DNA from: a virus
DNA length: 64,000 nt
Reading direction: 5' to 3' (one strand)
IMG/VR virus record: IMGVR_UViG_3300045988_107526
Coordinates: 1-64,000 of that record
Made by a program: the position numbers and the translations under genes
Shown here: positions 17,860 to 26,122 of the stretch, one piece after another
Position numbering within the stretch: the first letter of the stretch is position 1
How the letters are laid out: every line of letters starts with the position of its first letter
Notes under the pieces: generated by a model
Told to the model about the DNA's origin: nothing
Database searches by the model: none
Seen by the model: the letters and a program-made list of their open reading frames with translations, nothing else

Positions 17860-18057
17860 TTACTCCCCATACTTTGGCTCCTCATACACCAAGTTATGCT
17901 CATCTACGTAATCCTTGGCTTCTGAGTATGTATCAAAATCTACTGCGGTGGTATTTACTGCTGGGAATACCTCAGCATTGTCACCTTCCTCTGTGAGAGG
18001 GAACATCATCTTAGTTCCCTCATGTACTACCTTGAACTTTTTTGTTAACTTATTCAT
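17860..18057 (-). CDS. Hypothetical protein
   Basis: 65-aa acidic ORF at the end of the minus-strand tail-fibre unit. Confidence 0.45.
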   Translation of the reverse strand: MNKLTKKFKVVHEGTKMMFPLTEEGDNAEVFPAVNTTAVDFDTYSEAKDYVDEHNLVYEEPKYGE

Positions 18058-18098
18058 ATCTTGTTTCCTTTCTTTACATTAATATTGAACTTGGTACA

Positions 18099-18983
18099 TT
18101 ATGCAGGAGTGATTGAGACTGTGTAGTCTTTCTGCTGCAATGTTGTTATAGCTGCATCTGATGCTGATGTACGAGTTCCTTTGCATATAATTTTCTTAAA
18201 CCAACTTTGACTTTGTGTATTTGCAACACATGCAGATTGGTCATTTAACATCTTATCAATGTCTGTTCCAAAATCAGCATATTGGATAGCCATAATCTGA
18301 TGTGTTGTTGGGCGAGTTTGCTTCCATGTGCATGGAACAAAACTTGCAGAATCAAACCCCAATTGGCATCCATTTATTTGAGAAACTTCACCTTTAACAG
18401 TTGCAGGAGGAAAAAATGAATTAAATTTCGAGAATTTTTTTAATACAGAAATATCTCCATACATAGATGAGTTGCTCAAATCCAGCGTGTCTGAAAGACC
18501 ATTTACTGAGTTTATACAAGAAATATCTTGCTTTTTTGTTCTATTCAGTTTTATATATCCAAAAGAACTTTCTTTAGAGAATCTTGCAAAATCAAAATTA
18601 TCTTCGGAATTAAAACTAAATCTAGACTTTTCTGGTGAAGCAAATGCAAAACGGTTATAATCTCCTATTCCTTTGATATTTATAAATATTCTTAATTTGT
18701 AAATCGGAACTTTCAAACCTCCATTATTTACAACCTTAACATAAATACGGTCTCCCCAACTACCACCATTATATGCTGTTAATTCTTTAGTTGTTCCTAA
18801 GTTTTGTGCATAATTTTCATCTGTAAAGTACGCATCACCGAAGGTTCTAATAGTAGTGCCTTCGGTAAAACCTAGAGATACATCAATTTTTCCTTCTTGA
18901 GGAAGAATAACTAATTCTCCTATTTTTGGCAATGAATCATCATCAATAACTCCTTGCAATTTTGTTACTAAACATTTTTCCAT
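18099..18983 (-). CDS. Hypothetical protein downstream of the tail fibre (possible fibre accessory or receptor-binding protein)
   Basis: 294-aa AT-rich ORF starting 11 nt after the fibre gene stop. The function is inferred from position only. Confidence 0.6.
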   Translation of the reverse strand: MEKCLVTKLQGVIDDDSLPKIGELVILPQEGKIDVSLGFTEGTTIRTFGDAYFTDENYAQNLGTTKELTAYNGGSWGDRIYVKVVNNGGLKVPIYKLRIFINIKGIGDYNRFAFASPEKSRFSFNSEDNFDFARFSKESSFGYIKLNRTKKQDISCINSVNGLSDTLDLSNSSMYGDISVLKKFSKFNSFFPPATVKGEVSQINGCQLGFDSASFVPCTWKQTRPTTHQIMAIQYADFGTDIDKMLNDQSACVANTQSQSWFKKIICKGTRTSASDAAITTLQQKDYTVSITPA

Positions 18984-18994
18984 AATTATATATT

Positions 18995-21900
18995 TTAATT
19001 GTTATACAATAGTTTCATATTCTTATAATCATATAATAAATTACCAATATGCCTTCCGTGAGAATCTGAATGACAACCAACTCTGTGTAATGAAATATAT
19101 TTATGTTCTGTATCTACAGCAAATATATCAAATAAATCATCACTATAAGTATTTTCGATTCTATCAAAATTCCCAGTAAAGTCAAATTGTGGATTGTTAG
19201 GATTGCGACTACATCCAGCTGTATCTATTAAAATCTTTAATTGTTTCGGATAATTGCTAGATAAGCCTATTGCGTCTGAATGATGATGACCACACAACCA
19301 ACATATAAATTTACCTGCTCCATACTCATCGTCATGGTCTGCCATGAATGCTTCTACCAAATCAGAATATTCTTTATTATTATTATCACCATAGTAAGAA
19401 CTACTTGGTCTGTCTAGATTTGTAAAAGTACAATCAATAAGAGTGTCTATTTTTTGTGTATGAATCATACATATTACATTAAATCCTTTTTGTCTTGAAT
19501 CTTCCAATATGTTCTTGAACCAATCAGCTTGCTCTCCTTTATCGACTGTATCACCATCAGGGAATGATTCAGAAGTATAGCTTTCCGTGTGTCCATCTGC
19601 ATATTCTTTCTTGCAATATATAACATCTCTCCAATGATATACATCCAATGCTATTATTCTAATCTTTGCACTTTCATAATCTTTGTAGAAGTAGCATTTA
19701 TTCTCGACAGAGTTTATTTTTGTTTCTGAAAGATATGGTTTAATAAACTTATCATAGCATTCTTTAGAAGAATATGTTGGGACATTATAAGCTACTATGT
19801 ATTTTTTCACAATATTGCTTTGATTGTCTTCTTCCGATAATTCATATTCTCTGCTCCCTCCAAACACCTCGTGATTACCCAAAGCATTCAATATACAACC
19901 TGCACCATTTTCTTTCCAAAATGAGAAATTAGTTGTAAAGAAATTATTAGCATCACCTGTTGAGACAATATCATCAATGTATTCTTTATATTGGTTATAA
20001 TACTTTATTATGCGCTCCAAACGTCTAGATACGCTATGAAGGTCAGAGAAATAAAGTAAAGTAAATTTTGGCTTAATGTAAGGACCACTCTCTACTGTAT
20101 GGTATTTGAAATTAGCCAAAACTGGTTTTTCAGAGCGGATTGGATATAATGAAAGTATATCACCACATGCTATTTTATCAGACAATTCTTTGCTTCCAAC
20201 AACTGTAGATATAATATCTTTATTTGTTGGTATAGAATTGCTTTCAAACTTATTAATAACTCTAGTTCCATCCTTTCTAAGACCTTCAATTACTTTACCA
20301 TCTTTATCAGTCTTGACATATATGAACTCTGGGTTATCTACATATTCACTGGACATGCCTAAAGCCTTGATGTTACCACTAAACTCAGTATATCCATTAA
20401 GTACTCTAGTTCCATCCTTTCTAAGACCTTCAATTACTTTACCATCTGCATCAGTCTTGGCATATATGAACTCTGGGTTATCCTGCAAAGAGAAAACGTC
20501 AAGAAGTTCTTTGAGGTTGGTATCTATTGTACCTACATTTTCCTTCAATGACGCAAGGTCTGATTGAAGCTGAGATATAACTTGCTTCAAGGCATTGACT
20601 GCATGGATTTCACCAATAATTTGTCCGTCTCTTCTGATACCAAGGAGTATATGATTAGCAGCATCAAGCCAAACAGCGAAGAACTCTTCATTCTGCTCAA
20701 CGTGATACATTTCATTGAGAGGATAATATGGCTTGCCAGTTGCTCTGTAGAAACCAAAGAGTACCTTGTCTTCTGAATCTACTATTGCTTTAAGAAACTC
20801 CTCATTTTCGATTACTCTAAAGCATTCCTTTACTTCATTTTCAATTAGAGACTTGCCTTCTTCTTTATCTACCTTTGTATCTTGAAGATTTTTAATATCT
20901 TCTCCTAACTTGGTGCTAACACTATTGAGATTTGTAAGGATGCTTGTAAGTGTCTGAGTATTATCAATACTAGCAAAGAAGTCCTTCAACTCCTTCAATG
21001 TGTCAATAGCACTTGTAGTATCATCATCACCCAATATAGTGGTAACCTTATCTGACAAAAGAGTTACTTGTGACTGCAATCTGTCCTCTACTGCACTTGT
21101 CTTGCCAAATACAGGAGTACCATCCCACTGAATACCGAAGAGAAGTTTGTCTTCTACATCTACCTTTGCAAAGATGAACTCTTCATTCTGAATGTAGCGG
21201 AAAGGAGTTTCTACTACCAATCCTTCCTCATCTTTTATAGCTGTCTTTTCAACAATCTCATCTACTGCACTCTGTATGTTAATTGCAGTAAGTTTTGACT
21301 TCTCATTATTATAAGTAACAGCAGTAGCTTGACTTGCACCACCAGTAGCAGCTATAGACTTAATAGTTTCTTCTATCTGAGTGCTGCGAGTCTGCAATAA
21401 TGAAATATCTTCATCATTGGCAGTGATTTGTTGCTGCTTATCGTCAATCTGCGATTGCTTATCATCTAGCTGTTTCTGATGGTCTTTCAGTGTATCATCT
21501 ACGTTTTGAATGGTTTCTACCAAATTCTCAGGAAGACCAGTAGCTGCATTGATAGTCTGACGAAGCTCTGGGTCTAACTTCTCTACACCGATGGTGTTGT
21601 CTTTCAACTTGTCTTTGGTGATGGAGTTCTCTGCTAACTTCTCATTGGTGATACTGTCATCCTGTAGCTTCTCGTTGCTGACAGAACCATCAGCCATTTT
21701 TTCTGTAGTAACCGACTTATCGTCTAACTTCTCGGTCGTAACATTCAGGTCGGCAATCTTTTCCGTAGTAACACCAGAATCTTGAAGCTTCCCTGTTGTT
21801 ACATTTTGGTCTGCAATCTTCTGAGTAGTAACATTCCCGTCCGCAATCTTTGCTGTTGTTACAGAACAATCAGCCAGCTTTCGGGTGGTGATATTACCAT

Positions 21901-22000
21901 CCTTCAACTTTTTTTCGGTGACAGACTGGTCATTGTAATCGTCAGTCTTCATCAACGGCACCATCGTACCGAGTTTCGGATCTTGTCTAAATGTAGGCAT
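18995..22000 (-). CDS. Tail fibre protein with decapeptide repeats, NxEF repeats and a C-terminal metallophosphoesterase-like domain
   Basis: The track ORF runs to 22135. The internal ATG at 21998-22000 (MPTFRQDP) removes most of the overlap with the upstream gene. About 12 copies of x-S/N-V-T-T-x-K-I/L-A-D, and five repeats of the form N-E/P-E-F-x(3)-K/V-x-D-x(2)-D/G-K-x-L/I-x-G. Confidence 0.7.
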   Translation of the reverse strand: MPTFRQDPKLGTMVPLMKTDDYNDQSVTEKKLKDGNITTRKLADCSVTTAKIADGNVTTQKIADQNVTTGKLQDSGVTTEKIADLNVTTEKLDDKSVTTEKMADGSVSNEKLQDDSITNEKLAENSITKDKLKDNTIGVEKLDPELRQTINAATGLPENLVETIQNVDDTLKDHQKQLDDKQSQIDDKQQQITANDEDISLLQTRSTQIEETIKSIAATGGASQATAVTYNNEKSKLTAINIQSAVDEIVEKTAIKDEEGLVVETPFRYIQNEEFIFAKVDVEDKLLFGIQWDGTPVFGKTSAVEDRLQSQVTLLSDKVTTILGDDDTTSAIDTLKELKDFFASIDNTQTLTSILTNLNSVSTKLGEDIKNLQDTKVDKEEGKSLIENEVKECFRVIENEEFLKAIVDSEDKVLFGFYRATGKPYYPLNEMYHVEQNEEFFAVWLDAANHILLGIRRDGQIIGEIHAVNALKQVISQLQSDLASLKENVGTIDTNLKELLDVFSLQDNPEFIYAKTDADGKVIEGLRKDGTRVLNGYTEFSGNIKALGMSSEYVDNPEFIYVKTDKDGKVIEGLRKDGTRVINKFESNSIPTNKDIISTVVGSKELSDKIACGDILSLYPIRSEKPVLANFKYHTVESGPYIKPKFTLLYFSDLHSVSRRLERIIKYYNQYKEYIDDIVSTGDANNFFTTNFSFWKENGAGCILNALGNHEVFGGSREYELSEEDNQSNIVKKYIVAYNVPTYSSKECYDKFIKPYLSETKINSVENKCYFYKDYESAKIRIIALDVYHWRDVIYCKKEYADGHTESYTSESFPDGDTVDKGEQADWFKNILEDSRQKGFNVICMIHTQKIDTLIDCTFTNLDRPSSSYYGDNNNKEYSDLVEAFMADHDDEYGAGKFICWLCGHHHSDAIGLSSNYPKQLKILIDTAGCSRNPNNPQFDFTGNFDRIENTYSDDLFDIFAVDTEHKYISLHRVGCHSDSHGRHIGNLLYDYKNMKLLYNN
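19270..20070 (-). other. Calcineurin-like metallophosphoesterase motif set in the tail fibre C-terminus
   Basis: YFSDLH (about 20036-20046), STGDANN, LGNHE (GNHE at 19868-19879) and CGHHHSD (about 19273-19302), in the canonical order D-x-H / GD / GNHE / GHxH. Confidence 0.6.
20259..20488 (-). repeat. Near-identical duplication of about 85 nt with a 144-nt period inside the tail fibre gene
   Basis: actctagttccatcctttctaagaccttcaattactttaccatct... occurs at 20259 and again at 20403. It encodes DNPEFIY(A/V)KTD(A/K)DGKVIEGLRKDGTRV twice. Confidence 0.8.
21572..21928 (-). repeat. About 12 tandem 30-nt (10-aa) repeats in the tail fibre N-terminal region
   Basis: SVTEKKLKDG NITTRKLADC SVTTAKIADG NVTTQKIADQ NVTTGKLQDS GVTTEKIADL NVTTEKLDDK SVTTEKMADG SVSNEKLQDD SITNEKLAEN SITKDKLKDN TIGVEKLD. 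Confidence 0.8.
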
Positions 22001-22265
22001 ATTTAATTTGTTTTGGTTCTGTAGAAGTGAATATTTGAATTTGGACGGTATCGGGAATAACCGATATACGGAACTCGAAGGACTGGGTGTCCTTGTGGCG
22101 ACGTATCGGGATGCTAGGGAAATTTCCCTTATCATCTGACTGACGGATAACCACCTTTCCTTTTTCCCTTAGCGTGATTCTTAGGAAAATATCACGGCGA
22201 AGAGTAAGGATTGGAGTTACCCACGCAAGTTCATTGGCATCGTATGTGGCTGTTACATTCTCCAT
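21987..22265 (-). CDS. Hypothetical protein
   Basis: 92-aa ORF whose stop overlaps the fibre start by 14 nt. Confidence 0.55.
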   Translation of the reverse strand: MENVTATYDANELAWVTPILTLRRDIFLRITLREKGKVVIRQSDDKGNFPSIPIRRHKDTQSFEFRISVIPDTVQIQIFTSTEPKQIKYAYI

Positions 22266-22272
22266 ATCGTCT

Positions 22273-22932
22273 TTATTTTGAGGTTTGATTTACGCCTAGC
22301 TGTTGCAGGGCGATGGTGTACATCTGGCTAGCTTTGGTATCATCGTAGGCTGAGAGGAGCAGAAAGGCGATATAATAGATGAAGGCATTCTTTAGTTTGT
22401 CTGGAATGGAAACATCTGTTGTGGAAACGTCTGTGCTCACAGACTTAGGTACACCTACATAGGTAATGACCGCCGTTGAAGTCTTTGGCTGCATGAGGAT
22501 CTTGATTGGATTCTCTCGCATGATTGCAGCCTGTGGGCGATCAATGGTACCCTTGGCGGTATCGTCGTACATCATAAGAGCTTCATCATTGGTGTCCTCT
22601 ACTGGTGTGACTGCCTTATACCAAGAAGCGCCACGAATGCGGTTGATTGTAATAATCTCCATATCGGAAGGCATGGTGATAACACCGATGTTGTGATTAG
22701 AATCAAAATCTGACACTTGAATTGTGTCGGAAGTCGATCCTATGCTCTTGGAATCGGACAGGACAGGCGAAGATGCAGCAGTAATAGCTATCCAATGCAG
22801 CGCATCGTTTATCTTCGACTTGATGATGTTGTCCATATACAAATCATCCTTCTCATCGGTGATTTCCGATGTGTTGTTGGATTCCTCGTCTATACACCAA
22901 CGTACTGCCTTTATGATGTCTTCTACCTTCAT
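22273..22932 (-). CDS. Hypothetical virion-module protein
   Basis: 219-aa ORF between the capsid and fibre genes. No motif recognised. Confidence 0.6.
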   Translation of the reverse strand: MKVEDIIKAVRWCIDEESNNTSEITDEKDDLYMDNIIKSKINDALHWIAITAASSPVLSDSKSIGSTSDTIQVSDFDSNHNIGVITMPSDMEIITINRIRGASWYKAVTPVEDTNDEALMMYDDTAKGTIDRPQAAIMRENPIKILMQPKTSTAVITYVGVPKSVSTDVSTTDVSIPDKLKNAFIYYIAFLLLSAYDDTKASQMYTIALQQLGVNQTSK

Positions 22933-22948
22933 TTCACCTTATTATATA

Positions 22949-23389
22949 TTATGGCTTGTGATTTGGGAAAACAAAGTTGTGTTTTGTTGCCCATTCCAAA
23001 GCACTTGTCAAAGTCTTGAACTGTCGGGAACCCTCACGCTTGTCTTCCTCGTTGACAAAAGCTATCAAGTCTTCATCAGAAACGACAGAAGCAACCTCAA
23101 TAGGTCCCTTTTTATTTTCTTCGGAAGATTTCTCTTCCAGTTCTGCAGCCTTCTTCAATTTATCCTCCAGAGTTTCCTCTGAACGGATGAGCTTAACGAG
23201 ACCCTGTTTGAAGAGATCGCTGCTTTCAAGCAAATTCTGAGCGTACTCATTCTTCAAGATGATTTCCGGCTTCTGCTTGGTAATCACATTACCACGCTCG
23301 AAGTTGTAGCGAACTGTTACGCCATTCTTGCCTTGAAGAATATGGCTTACAGAATTTCTATTTGCATTATATCTATATACTTTAATCAT
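22949..23389 (-). CDS. Hypothetical protein
   Basis: 146-aa ORF in the same unit. Confidence 0.6.
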   Translation of the reverse strand: MIKVYRYNANRNSVSHILQGKNGVTVRYNFERGNVITKQKPEIILKNEYAQNLLESSDLFKQGLVKLIRSEETLEDKLKKAAELEEKSSEENKKGPIEVASVVSDEDLIAFVNEEDKREGSRQFKTLTSALEWATKHNFVFPNHKP

Positions 23390-23410
23390 ATTTGCTAATA
23401 ATTTATTTAG

Positions 23411-23446
23411 AACAACATGTGACCGGCACGAAGCCAGTCACTTGTT
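23411..23446 (-). terminator. Stem-loop downstream of the capsid gene (possible terminator or attenuator)
   Basis: Minus strand AACAaGTGAC-TGGCTTCGTGCCG-GTCACaTGTT followed by GTTCT. The U-tract is weak. Confidence 0.35.
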
Positions 23447-23461
23447 ATTCGGTGTATTACA

Positions 23462-25168
23462 CTAGGCTGCAATAAGCTGACCTGAGAAGAGTTCCCATTT
23501 GCCGCCCTTGTAGATGTAAACATTCTCCTTCTCGTACTTGGTTGGACCACTACCCTCGTAATCGGCTGTCAAAGCGACAATCATACCCTCACGAGGAGTC
23601 TCAGGCAACTTGCTCATGGAGATAATGTTGTTGATGACACCCGATGCACCAAGTGTAGAAATCTTATTCTCTGGACCAACAAGAATGCTGTTGTAGCCAC
23701 GGAGAGCAACACAATCAGCCTCCCAGTGCATGTAACGCTTCGCCAGACGTGGATCGTAAGCATCCTTTGACAAATCGTTGGTGCGCTCCTTGCTCTTCTC
23801 CTTGACGTAGTGACGAGCACCCTTGAAGTCAGCACCAATCATGCAGTCTTCCAAATCCATGTAGTCGAGCGTGCTATCCCAAGCGAAGTTGAGAGTACCA
23901 TAGCTACACTTGAACTGGTTGAAGGTGATGTCGAACTCCTTAACTGTAGAGAACATGACATCGCGACCCTTAGGAAGTTCAATCTTCATCAGGCGCTCAA
24001 CAGCGTTCTTACCACAGAAGAGATACATGGTATCAGACTCAGCGAAGTCAGTGAACATCAGCTTAGCAATAGCGATAAGGTCAGCGAAGGTGTAGGTGTC
24101 GCCAATACCGTAAGAGTTGGTAAGCTGGTTGATGATACCCTCAGCAGAGTAAGCATATTCCTGAGCACCGTCCTTGGTTTCCATGAGGAACTTCAACTTA
24201 GTACCATAGAGGTAACTGCGCTCCTGACGAAGCAAGAACTTGGTGAGAGCATCTTCCTTCATGTCGGCAACGGTATGAGGCGCCTTCTTCTTGATTTTCT
24301 CGAACTCCTCGGTGAAGATGATAGAGAATGCACGCTTCTGCAAATAAACCTCCTCTGAGCGAGGCTGGTAGTTCTCAGGTGGAACGTTCATCTGACTCTC
24401 GGAGAGAATGGTAGAAGCACAGAGAATACGGCTGTTAGCTGGGATAGCTGGGCAGCCCATAGAGTCGAGGGTTTCACCAATAGTTCCTTCGGTCTCTGCC
24501 GGACCATTAAGCGCCTGCAAAGTAACCTCATCCTTCGTCTTATCAACAACCAAGAGATTCAATCGACCGCTAACCTTGGTCTTAGAACCACGCTCGTAAC
24601 CGGCAACAGAAGGAACGATAACTGTACTACCCTTGTAGAGAGGAAGCAGAGAACCCGAGAAGTTAGTCTTGGTAAGCTTGATAGTGCCACCAGCTTCGAC
24701 AGCTTCAATCTGCTTAGTAACAACACCATCGAGGGTATCACCACCGACACGGGCATGCTTCTTCTCGTAGCCATTACAAGGTACACTCTTTGTAATCTTA
24801 CGGATAATCTGGAGCAAAGGAGTTCGGAAAGGGCGATATTTCTCTACCTCACTATCCCAATCCTCCTCGGCAAGACCACCCTTGCGAATCTGGGTTGCAG
24901 AAGCCTGCGTACCGGTCAAGTCCTGACCTTCTACCTTACCGCCTGGAGCCAACCGGTCTGATTTATCAGGATCAACAGGCTCAGTTGCCGCATCAGCCTT
25001 GGTTGAAGGTTCGTGACCCTCATCGCCAATCTGAGTAGTTGGCTCTGCGGTATCAGCCATAGCGAGAACGCCGCCGCCAGTAACCACGGCAAGAAGCATC
25101 AGAATCATCTTCATGATGAACTGACCGCTCATAAAATTCTTAAAACAATCTTTCTTCATTTTATACAT
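23462..25168 (-). CDS. Putative major capsid protein (start uncertain)
   Basis: 568-aa ORF directly after an acidic scaffold-like gene. It has an ERSYLYG-type motif and a size compatible with HK97-fold capsid proteins. The N-terminal 36 aa are hydrophobic (MKMILMLLAVVTGGGVLAMA). An alternative start MADTAEP lies at 25060. Confidence 0.5.
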   Translation of the reverse strand: MYKMKKDCFKNFMSGQFIMKMILMLLAVVTGGGVLAMADTAEPTTQIGDEGHEPSTKADAATEPVDPDKSDRLAPGGKVEGQDLTGTQASATQIRKGGLAEEDWDSEVEKYRPFRTPLLQIIRKITKSVPCNGYEKKHARVGGDTLDGVVTKQIEAVEAGGTIKLTKTNFSGSLLPLYKGSTVIVPSVAGYERGSKTKVSGRLNLLVVDKTKDEVTLQALNGPAETEGTIGETLDSMGCPAIPANSRILCASTILSESQMNVPPENYQPRSEEVYLQKRAFSIIFTEEFEKIKKKAPHTVADMKEDALTKFLLRQERSYLYGTKLKFLMETKDGAQEYAYSAEGIINQLTNSYGIGDTYTFADLIAIAKLMFTDFAESDTMYLFCGKNAVERLMKIELPKGRDVMFSTVKEFDITFNQFKCSYGTLNFAWDSTLDYMDLEDCMIGADFKGARHYVKEKSKERTNDLSKDAYDPRLAKRYMHWEADCVALRGYNSILVGPENKISTLGASGVINNIISMSKLPETPREGMIVALTADYEGSGPTKYEKENVYIYKGGKWELFSGQLIAA

Positions 25169-25185
25169 ATATTTATGGATTAATA

Positions 25186-25977
25186 TTAATAAGTGAGACC
25201 TTCGAAGAATCCGCTCTTCGGCTCATTCTTCTTTTTGGCAGGCTTGTTTCCAGCGCCAGAACTAGAAAGAGAAGGAGGAATACCTTCGGTGCTAGAAGAG
25301 CGAACCTTATTCTGAATCTTCTCGTTTCTGGCTTGCATAGCCGCCTCTTCGCGCGCCGAAGTGATGTCGGAATCGTAGTTGTTGGCATTATGGAGCATCT
25401 TCCAAATATCATCTGAAATATCGCCACTCTCTACCTTGTCGTGAATCTCGTAAATCTGTGACCACATATCATGTGCTTCATCGGGATATAGATTCATCAG
25501 GCGTTCAAGCGACTTGCGCATGTTGGCAGTAACCTTCTCTGTAGCTTCGTTCTGTTCAGCCACGTCCTCATTGTGCTTGGCGAGAATCTCAGCGAGTTTC
25601 TTGCCGCCTTCAGGATCATCAAGCAACGTCTTTACATCAATGCCCAAGCGAGCCATCGCATCAAACGGATTGTCGTCCGGATTTTTCTCCATATCCATCG
25701 CCAGAGCAGCGAGCCACTTGTGCTTATCGAATACTTTAGACAACGCCTTACCGCTCTCCTCGTATCGTCCGAGCAAATCAGCATCATCATTCATTGCCGC
25801 ATAACGAGCTTCCTTGTCTTCGAAGTCTATGTCGGAGTGACGCTTGGAGAAACGCTTGGAGAAAGCTGTACGATTAGGGCGCTCATCTACAGACGTTTCA
25901 TCTGTAGCAGCCTCAGCAGGTGGAGCCTGTTGTGCGCCACCTTCCTCATTCATCTGTGCTAATTCTTCTTTTGTCAT
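25186..25977 (-). CDS. Putative scaffolding protein
   Basis: The track ORF runs to 26166. The ATG at 25975-25977 (MTKEELAQMNEEGG) is the plausible start. The protein is acidic and helical and lies immediately upstream of the capsid gene. Confidence 0.4.
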   Translation of the reverse strand: MTKEELAQMNEEGGAQQAPPAEAATDETSVDERPNRTAFSKRFSKRHSDIDFEDKEARYAAMNDDADLLGRYEESGKALSKVFDKHKWLAALAMDMEKNPDDNPFDAMARLGIDVKTLLDDPEGGKKLAEILAKHNEDVAEQNEATEKVTANMRKSLERLMNLYPDEAHDMWSQIYEIHDKVESGDISDDIWKMLHNANNYDSDITSAREEAAMQARNEKIQNKVRSSSTEGIPPSLSSSGAGNKPAKKKNEPKSGFFEGLTY

Positions 25978-26099
25978 ATCTCTATAATACTGTTTGAAAC
26001 TTTCTGCAAAAATGCAAATAATTTGAAGAAGTTTTGCCGTGCTCCAACCTTGCGCTTGGCGGTTGGTTGGAACACGGCAAAGAAAGCCATGTTTTTGCC

Positions 26100-26107
26100 T
26101 ATTTTTG
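26100..26107 (+). promoter_or_regulatory. -7 box TATTTTTG upstream of the portal gene
   Basis: Matches TAnnTTTG in the divergent intergenic region 25978-26122. Confidence 0.4.
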
Positions 26108-26122
26108 CGCCTATAATTAATA

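Noticed and set aside
22001-22135. An N-terminal 45-aa extension of the tail fibre ORF.
   Set aside because: It would overlap the upstream gene by about 150 nt. The internal ATG at 22000 gives a 14-nt overlap and a sensible N-terminus.
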